Part shown: one piece after another, positions 38,509 to 48,468 of the stretch
How positions within the stretch are numbered: the stretch's first letter is position 1
Layout: each line of letters begins with the position of its first letter
Assembly: GCA_965205015.1 (NCBI GenBank)
Contig: OZ242029.1
Location: 5,280,001 to 5,344,000, forward strand
DNA length: 64,000 bases
Direction: 5' to 3'
DNA from: Candidatus Poribacteria bacterium
GTDB taxonomy: Bacteria; Poribacteria; WGA-4E; WGA-3G
Notes under the pieces: model-generated
Databases searched by the model: none
What the model was told of the DNA's origin: nothing
What the model saw: the letters and a program-made list of their open reading frames with translations, nothing else
Made by a program: the position numbers and the translations under genes

Positions 38509-40488
38509 CTATTTCGGCATCCGAAGCCGTGTCAGTGTTGTTTTCAGTTTCGGAATGAGTTCCGCATTGAGCAGAAAGATTAAATTCGGTTCGTGTTGAA
38601 GCCGTGCGTAAAAACGTCCGGATGCCTCTGTCTGGTTTCCAACTTGTAAGGTATACACCTTCTGGTTTCGCAATTCGACGGTAATTTGGAGCTGCGGGGC
38701 ACTGAAGCCTGTAACCGCATCAGTCTGTAGGGACGGGGTTTCCCCATCCGTCCGTACAAATGTGTCTGTCCTCAGATCGTCGAGTTCGTAGATGATAGCG
38801 TTAACTTCTGTGTTGTTTGCATTTTCTTTCACCGGCGAGGTGAGTCGCCAGTTCGTGCCGAGGCGTTGGCAGGTCAGCGATTCTTCTCCGTGCAAAGTGA
38901 GTCGAATCGCATCGTCGATGTGGAAGTTAAGAACCTGTTTATCTCTTAACCATGCCGCACCGAGCGCAATCTTGTCGATTAAGGTACGTCCGACGCGGAC
39001 GACTTGATCGGATTGCTCGGCTTTAACATAGACGGTTCCGTCTGTGGTGTCGTTTCCAATGTGTAGTACCGCTGGTTTTTCCTGACCCCGTTGCGTAAAG
39101 GCGACCTCAATTGACGGCGACGCTAAGCCGTAGGACGCCAGGTTCGCCGCAGGATCATCGACGAAAGCAGCCGCTTCGAGGGAATCTACGCCAAAAATCA
39201 GATCGTCCACCGCTTTCGCATCTGCTTTCATTTTCCCCGTCGGTGTTTGTAATTCCCATGTGTTATCATAGGTTTTTGTGCAGACAGTTGTCTCCTGACC
39301 CTGTTTCGTTCTTATAAAAATGGCGATGCGAATCGTATCTGTCCGTTGAAAGTCTATAATCCTTTTATCTCGCAGATCGAAAACAGATGTATTGAGAAGT
39401 CTATAGATGGCATCGCTGACCGTATAGATAGCGTGTTGGTGAACGGATTTAACGTAGACGTGTCCCGGAGTTCCGTTTCCTGGCGGGACTTCTGAACCGA
39501 TGTCAAGTGCGTAGGTGTTATTTCCATCTGTCAATTCTATCTGGATGCGCGGGGTCTTCAACCCGGTCTTTTCTAATTGCGCTGGGGTCTTCGCGACGGC
39601 TTGGTCGGCTTCAAATGTTGACACTTGCAATAGATGCAACTCCGAAAGAATATTCTCAATTTCTTGGGGATCTGCTTTTGCTTCGATTGGGTGTGTGATG
39701 CGCCATGTACCGTCTCGCTTTTCGCAATGAAGGGTTTTATGGGCATCAGCCGTCGGCTTTCGGAAACCATCAGCATTTGGCTGGAAGGCTGGAAGGCTGG
39801 AAGGCTGAGTATTCCCGCTTCCATCCTTGCTATCTTCCATGCTATTCTCTTGCTGACCGCTGACCGCTGACCGCTGATTGCTATTCCCACTTCTATCTCC
39901 GAATGTGAGCTGAATGTTGGACACCGTTTCCGGGTTGAACTTAATAACCGACCGGTCGCGAAGGTCTGTCGGAGATTTCGTCAGATCGTCAAGCGCACTG
40001 GATTCGATCAAAAAGATATGTGCTTGGGATTTTTCTTTGGCATAGACAGAAAAATTAATCGCTTTTTTACCGATAGAAAAGGTCGTTGCCGCTGCGGATG
40101 CCTGTTCTGTCCAAAGCGAAAGTGTGATGGTCGGTGTATCCAGTCCATACTGCGTCAACGCCGTTACCTCAAGCGTCTGCTTGACGCGTTTATTGAGGAT
40201 GTCATCTAACATTTGGTTCACTTTTTCACCGTTTGCATCTGCCTGAAATGGGCTTTTGAGTTGCCAGTTCCCCGTTGCGTCTTTTACCAATTTCAGATCT
40301 TGATACGCTGGATCGGCGAACGTGACTTCCATCTGTTGGACCTTTTCTCGCGTGATACCGTAAACCTGATGGATCGGCGGTTTTTCATTTGTTGATGTAT
40401 CCTCTGGCGATTGCTGGAAGAATAGGAAATACGCGCCTGCAATGCCTGCGAGGAGAACTATGATGATAAGGGTCGTCCTGAAATTCAC
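38509..40488 (-). CDS. DUF4340-domain protein (three repeats)
   Basis: N-terminal TM; repeated W....P..A.AD, YGL..P, DLRD units; downstream of GldG. Confidence 0.8.
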   Translation of the reverse strand: MNFRTTLIIIVLLAGIAGAYFLFFQQSPEDTSTNEKPPIHQVYGITREKVQQMEVTFADPAYQDLKLVKDATGNWQLKSPFQADANGEKVNQMLDDILNKRVKQTLEVTALTQYGLDTPTITLSLWTEQASAAATTFSIGKKAINFSVYAKEKSQAHIFLIESSALDDLTKSPTDLRDRSVIKFNPETVSNIQLTFGDRSGNSNQRSAVSGQQENSMEDSKDGSGNTQPSSLPAFQPNADGFRKPTADAHKTLHCEKRDGTWRITHPIEAKADPQEIENILSELHLLQVSTFEADQAVAKTPAQLEKTGLKTPRIQIELTDGNNTYALDIGSEVPPGNGTPGHVYVKSVHQHAIYTVSDAIYRLLNTSVFDLRDKRIIDFQRTDTIRIAIFIRTKQGQETTVCTKTYDNTWELQTPTGKMKADAKAVDDLIFGVDSLEAAAFVDDPAANLASYGLASPSIEVAFTQRGQEKPAVLHIGNDTTDGTVYVKAEQSDQVVRVGRTLIDKIALGAAWLRDKQVLNFHIDDAIRLTLHGEESLTCQRLGTNWRLTSPVKENANNTEVNAIIYELDDLRTDTFVRTDGETPSLQTDAVTGFSAPQLQITVELRNQKVYTLQVGNQTEASGRFYARLQHEPNLIFLLNAELIPKLKTTLTRLRMPK

Positions 40489-42080
40489 GCGTCCTCTCCT
40501 TTACGACGTTGCCACCAAACGATAAGCCCAGCAATAAAGACGATTGAAGGTATCAGGAAGACAGATGTTATTTGCACTAAACGAATGTCGTGAACGCGCA
40601 TTTGGCGCAGCGTTTGCCCCTGTAAGTCGATAGGACGGATCGCGATGAGATCCTCCTCTAAGGTCAGCCAATTGATTGTAGAGAGAAAGAGGTCGCGGTT
40701 TGCCTCTCGAAAGGCTGCGTTCACTGCGAAATCTGAGTCCCCAAAAACGACGATTCGAGTCGGACTGCGTGAGGCGTTCCCATCGCCATTTTGCTCCATT
40801 TTTTGTTCAGCAGCAACGGCGACAGATACCGGTGGAGGCGTGTCTGTACCGGGCGTGTAGGTAAACGATCCGCTGAAAGTGCCGTCCGTGTCGCGCTGCT
40901 TTTCGCCCCAGCTCTTCCCTGTTCCCCCAACGGTTTTGGCAAGCGATTTGACGCTTAGGTTCGAGGCTCTATCTGCTATGGGTGTGACAGAACGGGTCAC
41001 GGGGAATGCGACAAGATCCCTCATGACCCGCGTGATCTCGTGTAATTCAACGCCTGGTACCGGTGCCCTGGGTCCGAACAGCGGCACAAAATGGGTTTCG
41101 TCAATGACGAGATCGTTTCCTATCGCGATTCCCCATTTTCTCATGAGTCTAACGAGCCCTCTATTTACATCTTCCGCAGAGGCTACCGACGGATCGAGCA
41201 TCAAAAACAATTTTCCGTTACGCTTTAAGTATTTTGCCACGATGTCAATTTCAGTGCGCGTTAAAGGGTTTTTGGGACCAGCAATGACGAGCAACTCACA
41301 ATCTGCTGGAATGTCCGGTTCCGTCAAGAGCGAGAGGGAAAACGCAGCATAGTTCTGATTCTCTAACTCTGTTCGCACTTCACTGTATCCCTCATTATTG
41401 AGGTCAGTGATTTCATGTTCTTTGTGGCCCACAAGGAAGTAGACTTTTTTCGTTTCGTCTCGGATGAGTTTAAGAATCGCGCTCGTGAATTTTTGCTCTT
41501 CAACAGTGGTGACTTTTTCGTATCGGTCTTCGCTGTCGAAAATGATGGTTCCATCGTATCGCAGTTGATACTTGTTGCTCAGTTGAAGGTCTATATACGG
41601 ATTTTTAAATGAAAAGGTCAAAAAGTCGGTTTCACGCTGGTACAATTCTAAGATATCTTTGGCACGAGTCGCTGACTGTGAGGTGTCGTCGCTGAAAAAC
41701 GCTATGACCCGGACTTCCTTTTTAAGGTCTCTGAGAACCGTCTTCGTTTGTTCCGAAAGCGTATAAAGTTGCAGCTGCGTTAAGTCAATTTGTTTATCAA
41801 ATTGCCGGATAACAATGGCATTGACAAAAACCAAAATGCCGATAACGCCAACGATACTCAAGGCGACGTTCGCTCCGTAACGCGCTTGGCGACTGATGAA
41901 GAAATTCATGAAGTCCGTAAATCGCAAGCGTGCGAAAATAGCGAGTGAGACAAGCGCGAGCAAGAGGCAGACCCAAAAAAAGAGTCTCGCTTGGAACACC
42001 CAACTGGCAATCGCAATAAAACTGAAGATGAGCGTTAGAAAACCGAGGAGTGGACCTGTAACCCTTTTGTTGGCTTTCAT
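40485..42080 (-). CDS. GldG-family ABC transporter auxiliary component
   Basis: DLT..YTLSEQT, YFLVGHKE, LVIAGP, VVFGDSDF, NWL; N- and C-terminal TMs. Confidence 0.85.
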   Translation of the reverse strand: MKANKRVTGPLLGFLTLIFSFIAIASWVFQARLFFWVCLLLALVSLAIFARLRFTDFMNFFISRQARYGANVALSIVGVIGILVFVNAIVIRQFDKQIDLTQLQLYTLSEQTKTVLRDLKKEVRVIAFFSDDTSQSATRAKDILELYQRETDFLTFSFKNPYIDLQLSNKYQLRYDGTIIFDSEDRYEKVTTVEEQKFTSAILKLIRDETKKVYFLVGHKEHEITDLNNEGYSEVRTELENQNYAAFSLSLLTEPDIPADCELLVIAGPKNPLTRTEIDIVAKYLKRNGKLFLMLDPSVASAEDVNRGLVRLMRKWGIAIGNDLVIDETHFVPLFGPRAPVPGVELHEITRVMRDLVAFPVTRSVTPIADRASNLSVKSLAKTVGGTGKSWGEKQRDTDGTFSGSFTYTPGTDTPPPVSVAVAAEQKMEQNGDGNASRSPTRIVVFGDSDFAVNAAFREANRDLFLSTINWLTLEEDLIAIRPIDLQGQTLRQMRVHDIRLVQITSVFLIPSIVFIAGLIVWWQRRKGEDA

Positions 42081-42083
42081 GTT

Positions 42084-42809
42084 CTATCTCCATTTTGAGG
42101 ATTCAATGGACTTGAACGTCGCAAATAAGCAGACGCATGTGAAACTGACGTAGTAAATAACATCTTTCAAAAGGATGATACCGCGTGAGAAATCTCGGTA
42201 GTGTTCAGGGAGTGACAGGTAACTCAGGAACTTCGCTATCGGTCCACCACGGGCTGAGAGCGCACCGATCACCCATAGTGTGATGAGGATCCCGAAACTC
42301 GTCAGCGCGGCGACGAGTTGGTTTTTACACATTGACGACATCAGCACGCCTAATGCCAAGAACGAGAAACTGATTAAGATGATACCGAGATAACCGCTGA
42401 TCAGGAGTCCACTGTCCAAATAACCGAAACGTTGGGTGAGGAGTGGAAACAGCAGCGTCAAGCCAAGCATAATAAGCATCAAAGTGCAGCTCGCCAAAAA
42501 TTTGCCGAGTACCACTTGACCATCTGTGATCGGAGACGTCAGGAGTAGTTCAATCGTTCCCGATTTCCGTTCTTCCGCAAAGAGTTTCATCGTCAACACC
42601 GGCGTAAAAAAGAGTAAGACGGTCGCCATGTTCCCGAAGAGTGTTTCCATCACGTATCCGCCCGTCCCGCCGACGTTACTCGCACCGATAAGCAGGATGG
42701 AGAACAGAAAGCCCGAAATCGCTATAAAAACAAAACAGACGAAATAGGCGATCGGTGAGACGAAATAGGTATAGAGCTCTTTTGTGCAAACGGCAAGAAT
42801 ATTTCTCAT
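42084..42809 (-). CDS. ABC-2 type permease (GldF-like)
   Basis: KELYTYFVSPIAY, TMKLFAEERKSGTIELLLTSP, VVLGKFLA. Confidence 0.9.
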   Translation of the reverse strand: MRNILAVCTKELYTYFVSPIAYFVCFVFIAISGFLFSILLIGASNVGGTGGYVMETLFGNMATVLLFFTPVLTMKLFAEERKSGTIELLLTSPITDGQVVLGKFLASCTLMLIMLGLTLLFPLLTQRFGYLDSGLLISGYLGIILISFSFLALGVLMSSMCKNQLVAALTSFGILITLWVIGALSARGGPIAKFLSYLSLPEHYRDFSRGIILLKDVIYYVSFTCVCLFATFKSIESSKWR

Positions 42810-42864
42810 TTTTTTATTCAGGCACCAAGCGTAAAAATAAGCAATTGGGGCATTAGTAGTCTTT

Positions 42865-43620
42865 CTATGCACCTCTCGCAAATTGCTTCCGTACCTTCCC
42901 CACAAAGAAGGGACCGAGCGATTCAATGTATTTCGTGGTCTGCTCTGTCTGACGCATATCCTGTATCAAACGCGATAACGGATGTAAATCGGGACCGACC
43001 AATCCGATAACGAATTCATTGTCATTCGTATCTAATCCGAAGCATGAGAGTCGGATGTCGCTTGCGTATCCACCCGCGGCATAACTGCGACCGAGCATAG
43101 CATGTTCACCTAAAATCCTGCCACGTTCACGGTGTTCAAGGCGATAAAATTCGGGGTTTCGGCGCAACGGATACCAAATCGCCCATGGAAAATCAGGGCT
43201 GAGGGCGTTTTGAAGAGGCCTGTTGAGGAGCCACTCCTCCAAATTGGGTTCTCTACCACTCGCATAGGTTCGACCTGTCATGGTCATTTCTGGACGATAT
43301 GACAGTTGAGGCGCGTCCTGTGCCTTTACGAGTAGACTTCGTGATTCCGCCATTAGCATCGCTGGATCTTCTGCGATGAGAAGCACTCCGATCCCTGTCG
43401 GCTGGTTTAGATCGTCGTATAGGACTGCGTTTAGACTTCCCTTCTCAAGTATCTTAGTGATAAGTCTGTGGTCGAAGCACTCTTTAAAAACATGTAGTTG
43501 AAAGAACAAACGCCGGTCGCTAACTTGTGGTTTTCCATTGATGGGCGCGCCGACCTCTTGGATGTCCGGGGGTTCAGGACGTTGCGGTCTCTTCTGTTCG
43601 GTGTTCATAATCTTAGTCAT
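42865..43620 (-). CDS. Chlorite dismutase family / coproheme decarboxylase (HemQ/ChdC-like)
   Basis: YPLRR..EFYRL...R..IL.EH, FGLD.NDNEFV, GPFFVG. Confidence 0.78.
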   Translation of the reverse strand: MTKIMNTEQKRPQRPEPPDIQEVGAPINGKPQVSDRRLFFQLHVFKECFDHRLITKILEKGSLNAVLYDDLNQPTGIGVLLIAEDPAMLMAESRSLLVKAQDAPQLSYRPEMTMTGRTYASGREPNLEEWLLNRPLQNALSPDFPWAIWYPLRRNPEFYRLEHRERGRILGEHAMLGRSYAAGGYASDIRLSCFGLDTNDNEFVIGLVGPDLHPLSRLIQDMRQTEQTTKYIESLGPFFVGKVRKQFARGA

Positions 43621-43738
43621 TAGTTTTGAGAGATGTCAGCCGGCAGTCGGCATCGCGGTGAGATGGGTCAGTAAAGAGATTTTCGTTTAACAAACGTCTC
43701 TTGTGACTGACAACTGGTAACTGACAACTGACAACTCT

Positions 43739-45304
43739 TCAACCTTTTGTGGTGTACGATTCACGAATCCACGCTTCGAGGACCTGATCCGGATTTTCCA
43801 AAACAGCCTTTGGAAAGGTGAATGTGGATTGTCCGGTGTTCTGCTTAATTAAGTTCAACCCGTGCTGATAACTTCCCAGAAGTTGATCGCAGACCTGCTG
43901 AACTGTTTGTGCGTCTGCAATCGCACGTTCGCAAATAAGCGCAGTCGCTTCATCGTCAAACTGAATTTGCAATTGATGTTCTGTGTAGAACTGTGCTTCA
44001 TACCGGCGAACCTGTTCGTACATCACAGTTCTGCGGTTGTAGTCGGGTTCTTCGGTAATTCGTTTTAATTCGGCATCCGGGGCATCGACAACTTCAGCAG
44101 TGACGACGAATTCTTCAACACCCGTGGAGGGGAGTTCAAATTTATAGTCGCGCAAAACCTTTTCACAAACCGTCATTAAGGCACGCGCCCCTGTTTTTTG
44201 TTCAATGGCTTTTTCAGCAATCCGTCGTAAACCGCAATCTGAAAACAGTGCCGTGATGCCATACGCTCGAAAGGCGTTTTCGTATTGCCGGATAATGGAA
44301 CCTTCGGAGTGTTTTAGGATATAGAAGAGGTCATCGACACCGAGTTCCGTGCAAATAACGTGTACAGGGAGCCGTCCAATAAATTCAGGTTCAAAGCCGA
44401 AGTCGATAAAGTCTTTCGGTGTAACGTTCTCGAAGTACTGTGCTGTGTCATCGGTTTGACTCGTAATCTCAGCGTTGAAGCCAATTTTGCTTTGATGCAT
44501 GCGTTTCTTGATAATATCTGCGATACCGGTGAACGCACCGCTGATGATGAAAAGAATGTGCCGTGTGTTGATAACCTCTTTCTCGACTTTGCCGCTTTTC
44601 TGAAATTCCATGGCGGCACGCATCTGTGAGGCGACATCGTTTCCGCTACGCAGGTCGACTTCGGTTTCCTCCATCAATTTAAGGAGTCCAATCTGCACAC
44701 CGCGTCCACTCACATCACGTCCAATAATATTTGGCGGTGTCGCGATTTTGTCCGCTTCGTCGAGATAGATGATGCCGTATTGTGCCAATTCGAGATTGTC
44801 TTCGGCTTGGGTTACCAGTTCACGGATTAAGTCGTCAACGTTCGCACCGACGTAACCGGTTTCACTGAATCGGGTCGCGTCTGCTTTGACAAACGGCACA
44901 CCGATGAGTTTAGCGATGTGTCGGATGAGATAGGTCTTACCGACGCCGGTCGGCCCGAGCATGACGATGTTCTGCTTAGAGTAATCGGCATCCGCAGCAG
45001 TTGGGTCCTCATGGCATTCCCGGACGTGGTTGTAGTGGTCGCAGACGGCGATAGCGAGTGCCTTCTTTGCCTCGTCCTGTTTGATGACGTATCGGTCAAG
45101 ATATTGCTTAATCTCCCTCGGTTTGAGGTCGAACTTCAGATCGAAGGTTTTTTTCGGCTCAAGGGCTTCTTCTTCTGCTTCAGACGCGGGTTCGCCGGCA
45201 GATGCGTTAATTAAACGGACGCTCCCGCCGTATTTCTGTTGTACGAATTCTTGGAATTCTTTTTCAATCTCTTCGGGTGTAGGTATCTTCTTATTTGTGT
45301 TCAC
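43739..45304 (-). CDS. clpX: ClpX-like AAA+ ATPase lacking N-terminal Zn finger, with C-terminal extension
   Basis: GPTGVGKT, DATRFSETGYVG, YLDEADK, RDVSGRGVQ, KIGF loop, PEFIGRLP, TGARAL. Confidence 0.8.
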   Translation of the reverse strand: MNTNKKIPTPEEIEKEFQEFVQQKYGGSVRLINASAGEPASEAEEEALEPKKTFDLKFDLKPREIKQYLDRYVIKQDEAKKALAIAVCDHYNHVRECHEDPTAADADYSKQNIVMLGPTGVGKTYLIRHIAKLIGVPFVKADATRFSETGYVGANVDDLIRELVTQAEDNLELAQYGIIYLDEADKIATPPNIIGRDVSGRGVQIGLLKLMEETEVDLRSGNDVASQMRAAMEFQKSGKVEKEVINTRHILFIISGAFTGIADIIKKRMHQSKIGFNAEITSQTDDTAQYFENVTPKDFIDFGFEPEFIGRLPVHVICTELGVDDLFYILKHSEGSIIRQYENAFRAYGITALFSDCGLRRIAEKAIEQKTGARALMTVCEKVLRDYKFELPSTGVEEFVVTAEVVDAPDAELKRITEEPDYNRRTVMYEQVRRYEAQFYTEHQLQIQFDDEATALICERAIADAQTVQQVCDQLLGSYQHGLNLIKQNTGQSTFTFPKAVLENPDQVLEAWIRESYTTKG

Positions 45305-45377
45305 GGTTGTGTATTACCTCTATTAATATAATCCAACTTTCTACTTGCAAGATTTTAGCAATGAAACCTGTATCTTT

Positions 45378-45442
45378 GTAGCATAAACTGTTAGTTTGCG
45401 CACGGAACCCGTGTCTTCGTAGCGTGAACTGTTAGTTTGCGC
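45378..45442 (+). repeat. Tandem GTAG-type REP copies (GTAGCATAAACTGTTAGTTTGCGC family)
   Basis: Copies at 45378 and 45419; further copies at 34442-34465 and 61921-61944. Confidence 0.75.
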
Positions 45443-45466
45443 ATGGATGGGAAACCGAACCTAAAG

Positions 45467-46507
45467 TTAAGGGGGACTACTTGTAAGTTCACGACGGACA
45501 ATTTCAGTCCCAGCTACCATCGCTTCCAGTTTCGCGGCAGCCGCCCACCGCGCAGTTTGACTGAATCCACAATCCGGTGTGATAGACAATTTTTCGGGAC
45601 GCACGTGCTTGAGTGCTTCCCGGAGCAATGCTGCGACATCCTCCGGTGTTTCTACATAATAGTTTTTGACATCGATGAGTCCTGCAGCAAGTTCTTTATC
45701 GTTCGGAAACTCGCTCCACAACCCGATTTCTGCCATCTCTCGGTTTGCGAATTCCAGTGCGAGTTGATCGAAAGCTGCGTCCAAAATATACGGAAAGAGC
45801 GGACGATACGAACGTTTACCGACGGCTCTGCCACGGTAGTTGCCGAAACAGATGTGCAGTCCAATCTTTGCAGAGACACCTTCAACGGTGTGATTGAAAA
45901 GTTTGACGAACGCTTCAGGACGATCCGGATAGACGGCGTAAGAGGGTTCGTCTAACTGTATGAATTCTGCACCAGCAGCGACGAGTTGACGGAGTTCTGT
46001 GTTGATAATCTCCGCACAGGCGTAGGCGACTTCAAGGCGTTCTTTATAAATGCCACCCGTCTGAATCCGTCCAGAGAGCGTGAATGGACCGGGACATGTC
46101 ACCTTGAGCGGTTTCGTCGCCTCGTTCTTCGCGAATTCAAATTCCGAGAGGATACCGAGCCCGTCGGGAGCCGAGAGCGGAACGGAGGGCAACCATTTGC
46201 CGCGTTGATCGTGTCCGTCGGGTCCGTGCGTTCTGGGAGCCGGGAGTTGTTCTAAGCCAGTGAGCCGTTCATAGAAACCGAGAACGAAGTCTTGTCGGCG
46301 CATCTCACCCTCTGTGACGATATCAATGCCGGCGCGTTCTTGGTCTGCGATAGCGGCGCGCACTGCGTCGTCGAAGGTTTCGTTAATGTCGGTTTCCCCG
46401 AGTTCTCCACGTCCGATTGCTTCTAACGTAACACACAGCCAACTCGGTGGTGCGTAACTTCCGATAGTACTGGTGGGTATCAAAATGTCCGTGTCTGTCA
46501 TTAACAT
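45467..46507 (-). CDS. Cobalamin-independent methionine synthase II family (core MetE-like)
   Basis: IGSYAPP, QERAGIDIVTEGEMRR, PGPFTL, IQLDEP, HICFGN, PDCG. Confidence 0.88.
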   Translation of the reverse strand: MLMTDTDILIPTSTIGSYAPPSWLCVTLEAIGRGELGETDINETFDDAVRAAIADQERAGIDIVTEGEMRRQDFVLGFYERLTGLEQLPAPRTHGPDGHDQRGKWLPSVPLSAPDGLGILSEFEFAKNEATKPLKVTCPGPFTLSGRIQTGGIYKERLEVAYACAEIINTELRQLVAAGAEFIQLDEPSYAVYPDRPEAFVKLFNHTVEGVSAKIGLHICFGNYRGRAVGKRSYRPLFPYILDAAFDQLALEFANREMAEIGLWSEFPNDKELAAGLIDVKNYYVETPEDVAALLREALKHVRPEKLSITPDCGFSQTARWAAAAKLEAMVAGTEIVRRELTSSPP

Positions 46508-46552
46508 TCCTCTGTTTTTTGCATAAAATGCCTTTGGTAGTCCAATGTATCT

Positions 46553-48103
46553 TTATTCCCCAACGTTTGCGTAGAAGAACGGTGGCATCGTCAAGGCAAC
46601 GACATCGTCTTCCCCAGAGATTTCACGCGCCATCGCAAGGGCATCATCTAAGTTGCGCGCCCAGTCAACACCGAGCCGTTGCGCCACCCTCGGTTCCTTG
46701 GGACCCACGAGGATTACCTTCGCGAGGTATTTCAGTGGATACGTCGCCCAATACCAGACAGTGAACGGATGGAAACCGTGGTGCGCGAACTTGTTCCGAT
46801 AGCAATCGATTAAGTATTCGTCCTTTGCGTATTTTTCCTGAAACTTCTGTTGCATCTCAAACGGTTCCGTCGTTTCAGCGAGCACCTCATCGTAAAATTG
46901 CTTATAGGCGACGTGATACTCTTCATGAAAGATTTCGTATGTCGGGTTCATGATGATAACCACACCGTTCTTTTTGATGATGGGTTTATTATAGAACCAG
47001 TTGAAGACGTAGCCTAAAATATCGCTCACCACTAAAACAGGGTTGATACGCGCATCGACGGCGTAGGGACTCATATCGGGAAGCCCAAAGACTAACGTAC
47101 TGAACTGCCGCGGGATGTCTATTGCCAACTGATCTTTCATTGACGCTAACGTTTTCGCGTGAACGGCATCGATGTCGCCTGTGTTAACTTGTATCGGTTC
47201 GTAGTCCGTCTGCACGCTCTTAAGAATCTGGTAACGCAGCGATTCGGGCAGCAGCGATAGGGTCGCTGGTGTGAAGGTTTTCAGCACTTTCTCTACGATG
47301 TTGCAGTCGCGGTTCGGTTTCCCGACGTAGCGCAGATGAAATGGGTAAATCGCACCGTTCATTGCCGCTTCAAGTACCAAGATCGGTGTCTCTTTCTGAA
47401 TGAGACGGCTCATCCGTTCGATACAGGCGTGCATGTGCGAACCGTCGGGTTGCATGACGTGTGGACTTTCTGCTGTCATGTGCGGCGAGTGGTGCGGTGC
47501 TATAGAGTTATAGGTACCGAGACCCACCGCGACGGATTTATGTCCACCGTTGAGTGGAATCTGTATCATGTCAACATAAATCACCAGATCGGATTCGAGG
47601 ACTGCCTTATCCGTCTCAACGATTTCGTTTTTCTCCGTGTGTCCTACGTAGGCAATCTGGTCGGCATCCTCTGCATCGAAATTTCGGAGTTGATGCGGAT
47701 AGAACTCGTCCATAATGTCTTTTCCGAGCATGTAGGCGAGTTCATGTTCCTTCATCTTTCGATGCAATGCGACGGCACACATCAGCTGGATGTTCTTTTT
47801 CTCCACGCCGTAGTTATAGAGCATCTTCAGAAGCGTCTCGATCATGATTTGCCGCATATCCGGCTTTTTGGTGGCGGGAAAGGGTTGGCAGTTATCGTCA
47901 AACAGGATAAGCACTTTAGAATTGCCGTTGACGAGTTCGCGTAACGGCGGCATCGCAAGTGGATTTTCAAAGGCACGCTGTGTGTGTTCACTCAGGGCAT
48001 CGCGCTTGATTCCCGGCAGGGGTGGTTTCGCGTAGTAGACCTCTGAGTTATCCGGCAGTTTCGCGTTGATGAGATGATTTCCGAAATAAGTAAAGTATTT
48101 CAT
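46553..48103 (-). CDS. Lactate racemase-domain (LarA/DUF2088-like) protein
   Basis: NPL.MPPL, ILFDD, AVALHRKM, GGHKSVAVGL, HGFHPF. Confidence 0.75.
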   Translation of the reverse strand: MKYFTYFGNHLINAKLPDNSEVYYAKPPLPGIKRDALSEHTQRAFENPLAMPPLRELVNGNSKVLILFDDNCQPFPATKKPDMRQIMIETLLKMLYNYGVEKKNIQLMCAVALHRKMKEHELAYMLGKDIMDEFYPHQLRNFDAEDADQIAYVGHTEKNEIVETDKAVLESDLVIYVDMIQIPLNGGHKSVAVGLGTYNSIAPHHSPHMTAESPHVMQPDGSHMHACIERMSRLIQKETPILVLEAAMNGAIYPFHLRYVGKPNRDCNIVEKVLKTFTPATLSLLPESLRYQILKSVQTDYEPIQVNTGDIDAVHAKTLASMKDQLAIDIPRQFSTLVFGLPDMSPYAVDARINPVLVVSDILGYVFNWFYNKPIIKKNGVVIIMNPTYEIFHEEYHVAYKQFYDEVLAETTEPFEMQQKFQEKYAKDEYLIDCYRNKFAHHGFHPFTVWYWATYPLKYLAKVILVGPKEPRVAQRLGVDWARNLDDALAMAREISGEDDVVALTMPPFFYANVGE

Positions 48104-48242
48104 TTAAACGGGATAACTCGCTTCTTGCGACAGTTTTAATTGATGTTCTGTATGGCTTGTAATCACCAATTTATTTTAGCATAATTTATGGGAATGTGCA
48201 AATTTATTTATCAGAATTAGGCATTTCATACTGTCTATTATG

Positions 48243-48258
48243 CGCAAATTTCGTGCCA
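48243..48258 (-). promoter_or_regulatory. Sigma54 (-24/-12) promoter upstream of the LarA-like gene
   Basis: Minus strand TGGCACGAAATTTGCG, a near-perfect consensus; two TGC-N10-GCA boxes at 48297-48312 and 48328-48343. Confidence 0.75.
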
Positions 48259-48468
48259 GGCTGGATAGGTATTCCACTGATATTCTTGGCAAAAATTGCC
48301 CCGAATAGGGCAAATCTCATTTCAAATTGCACGAAATAGGGCAGGTTCGGGAGATAAGAATTTACGGATGAAATGAATTGAATATCGCTTGGGAGATGGA
48401 TGGTAGGTGAACGCGTTCGTCGGGCATCTCTCGCAGGATTTCAAGATTATCGCCGAAATAGAGTTTGT

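Noticed and set aside
45378-45442. Direct repeats of about 24 bp with a short spacer, a possible mini-CRISPR
   Set aside because: Only two adjacent copies with a 17-bp gap, dispersed copies elsewhere and no cas genes; fits a REP family.
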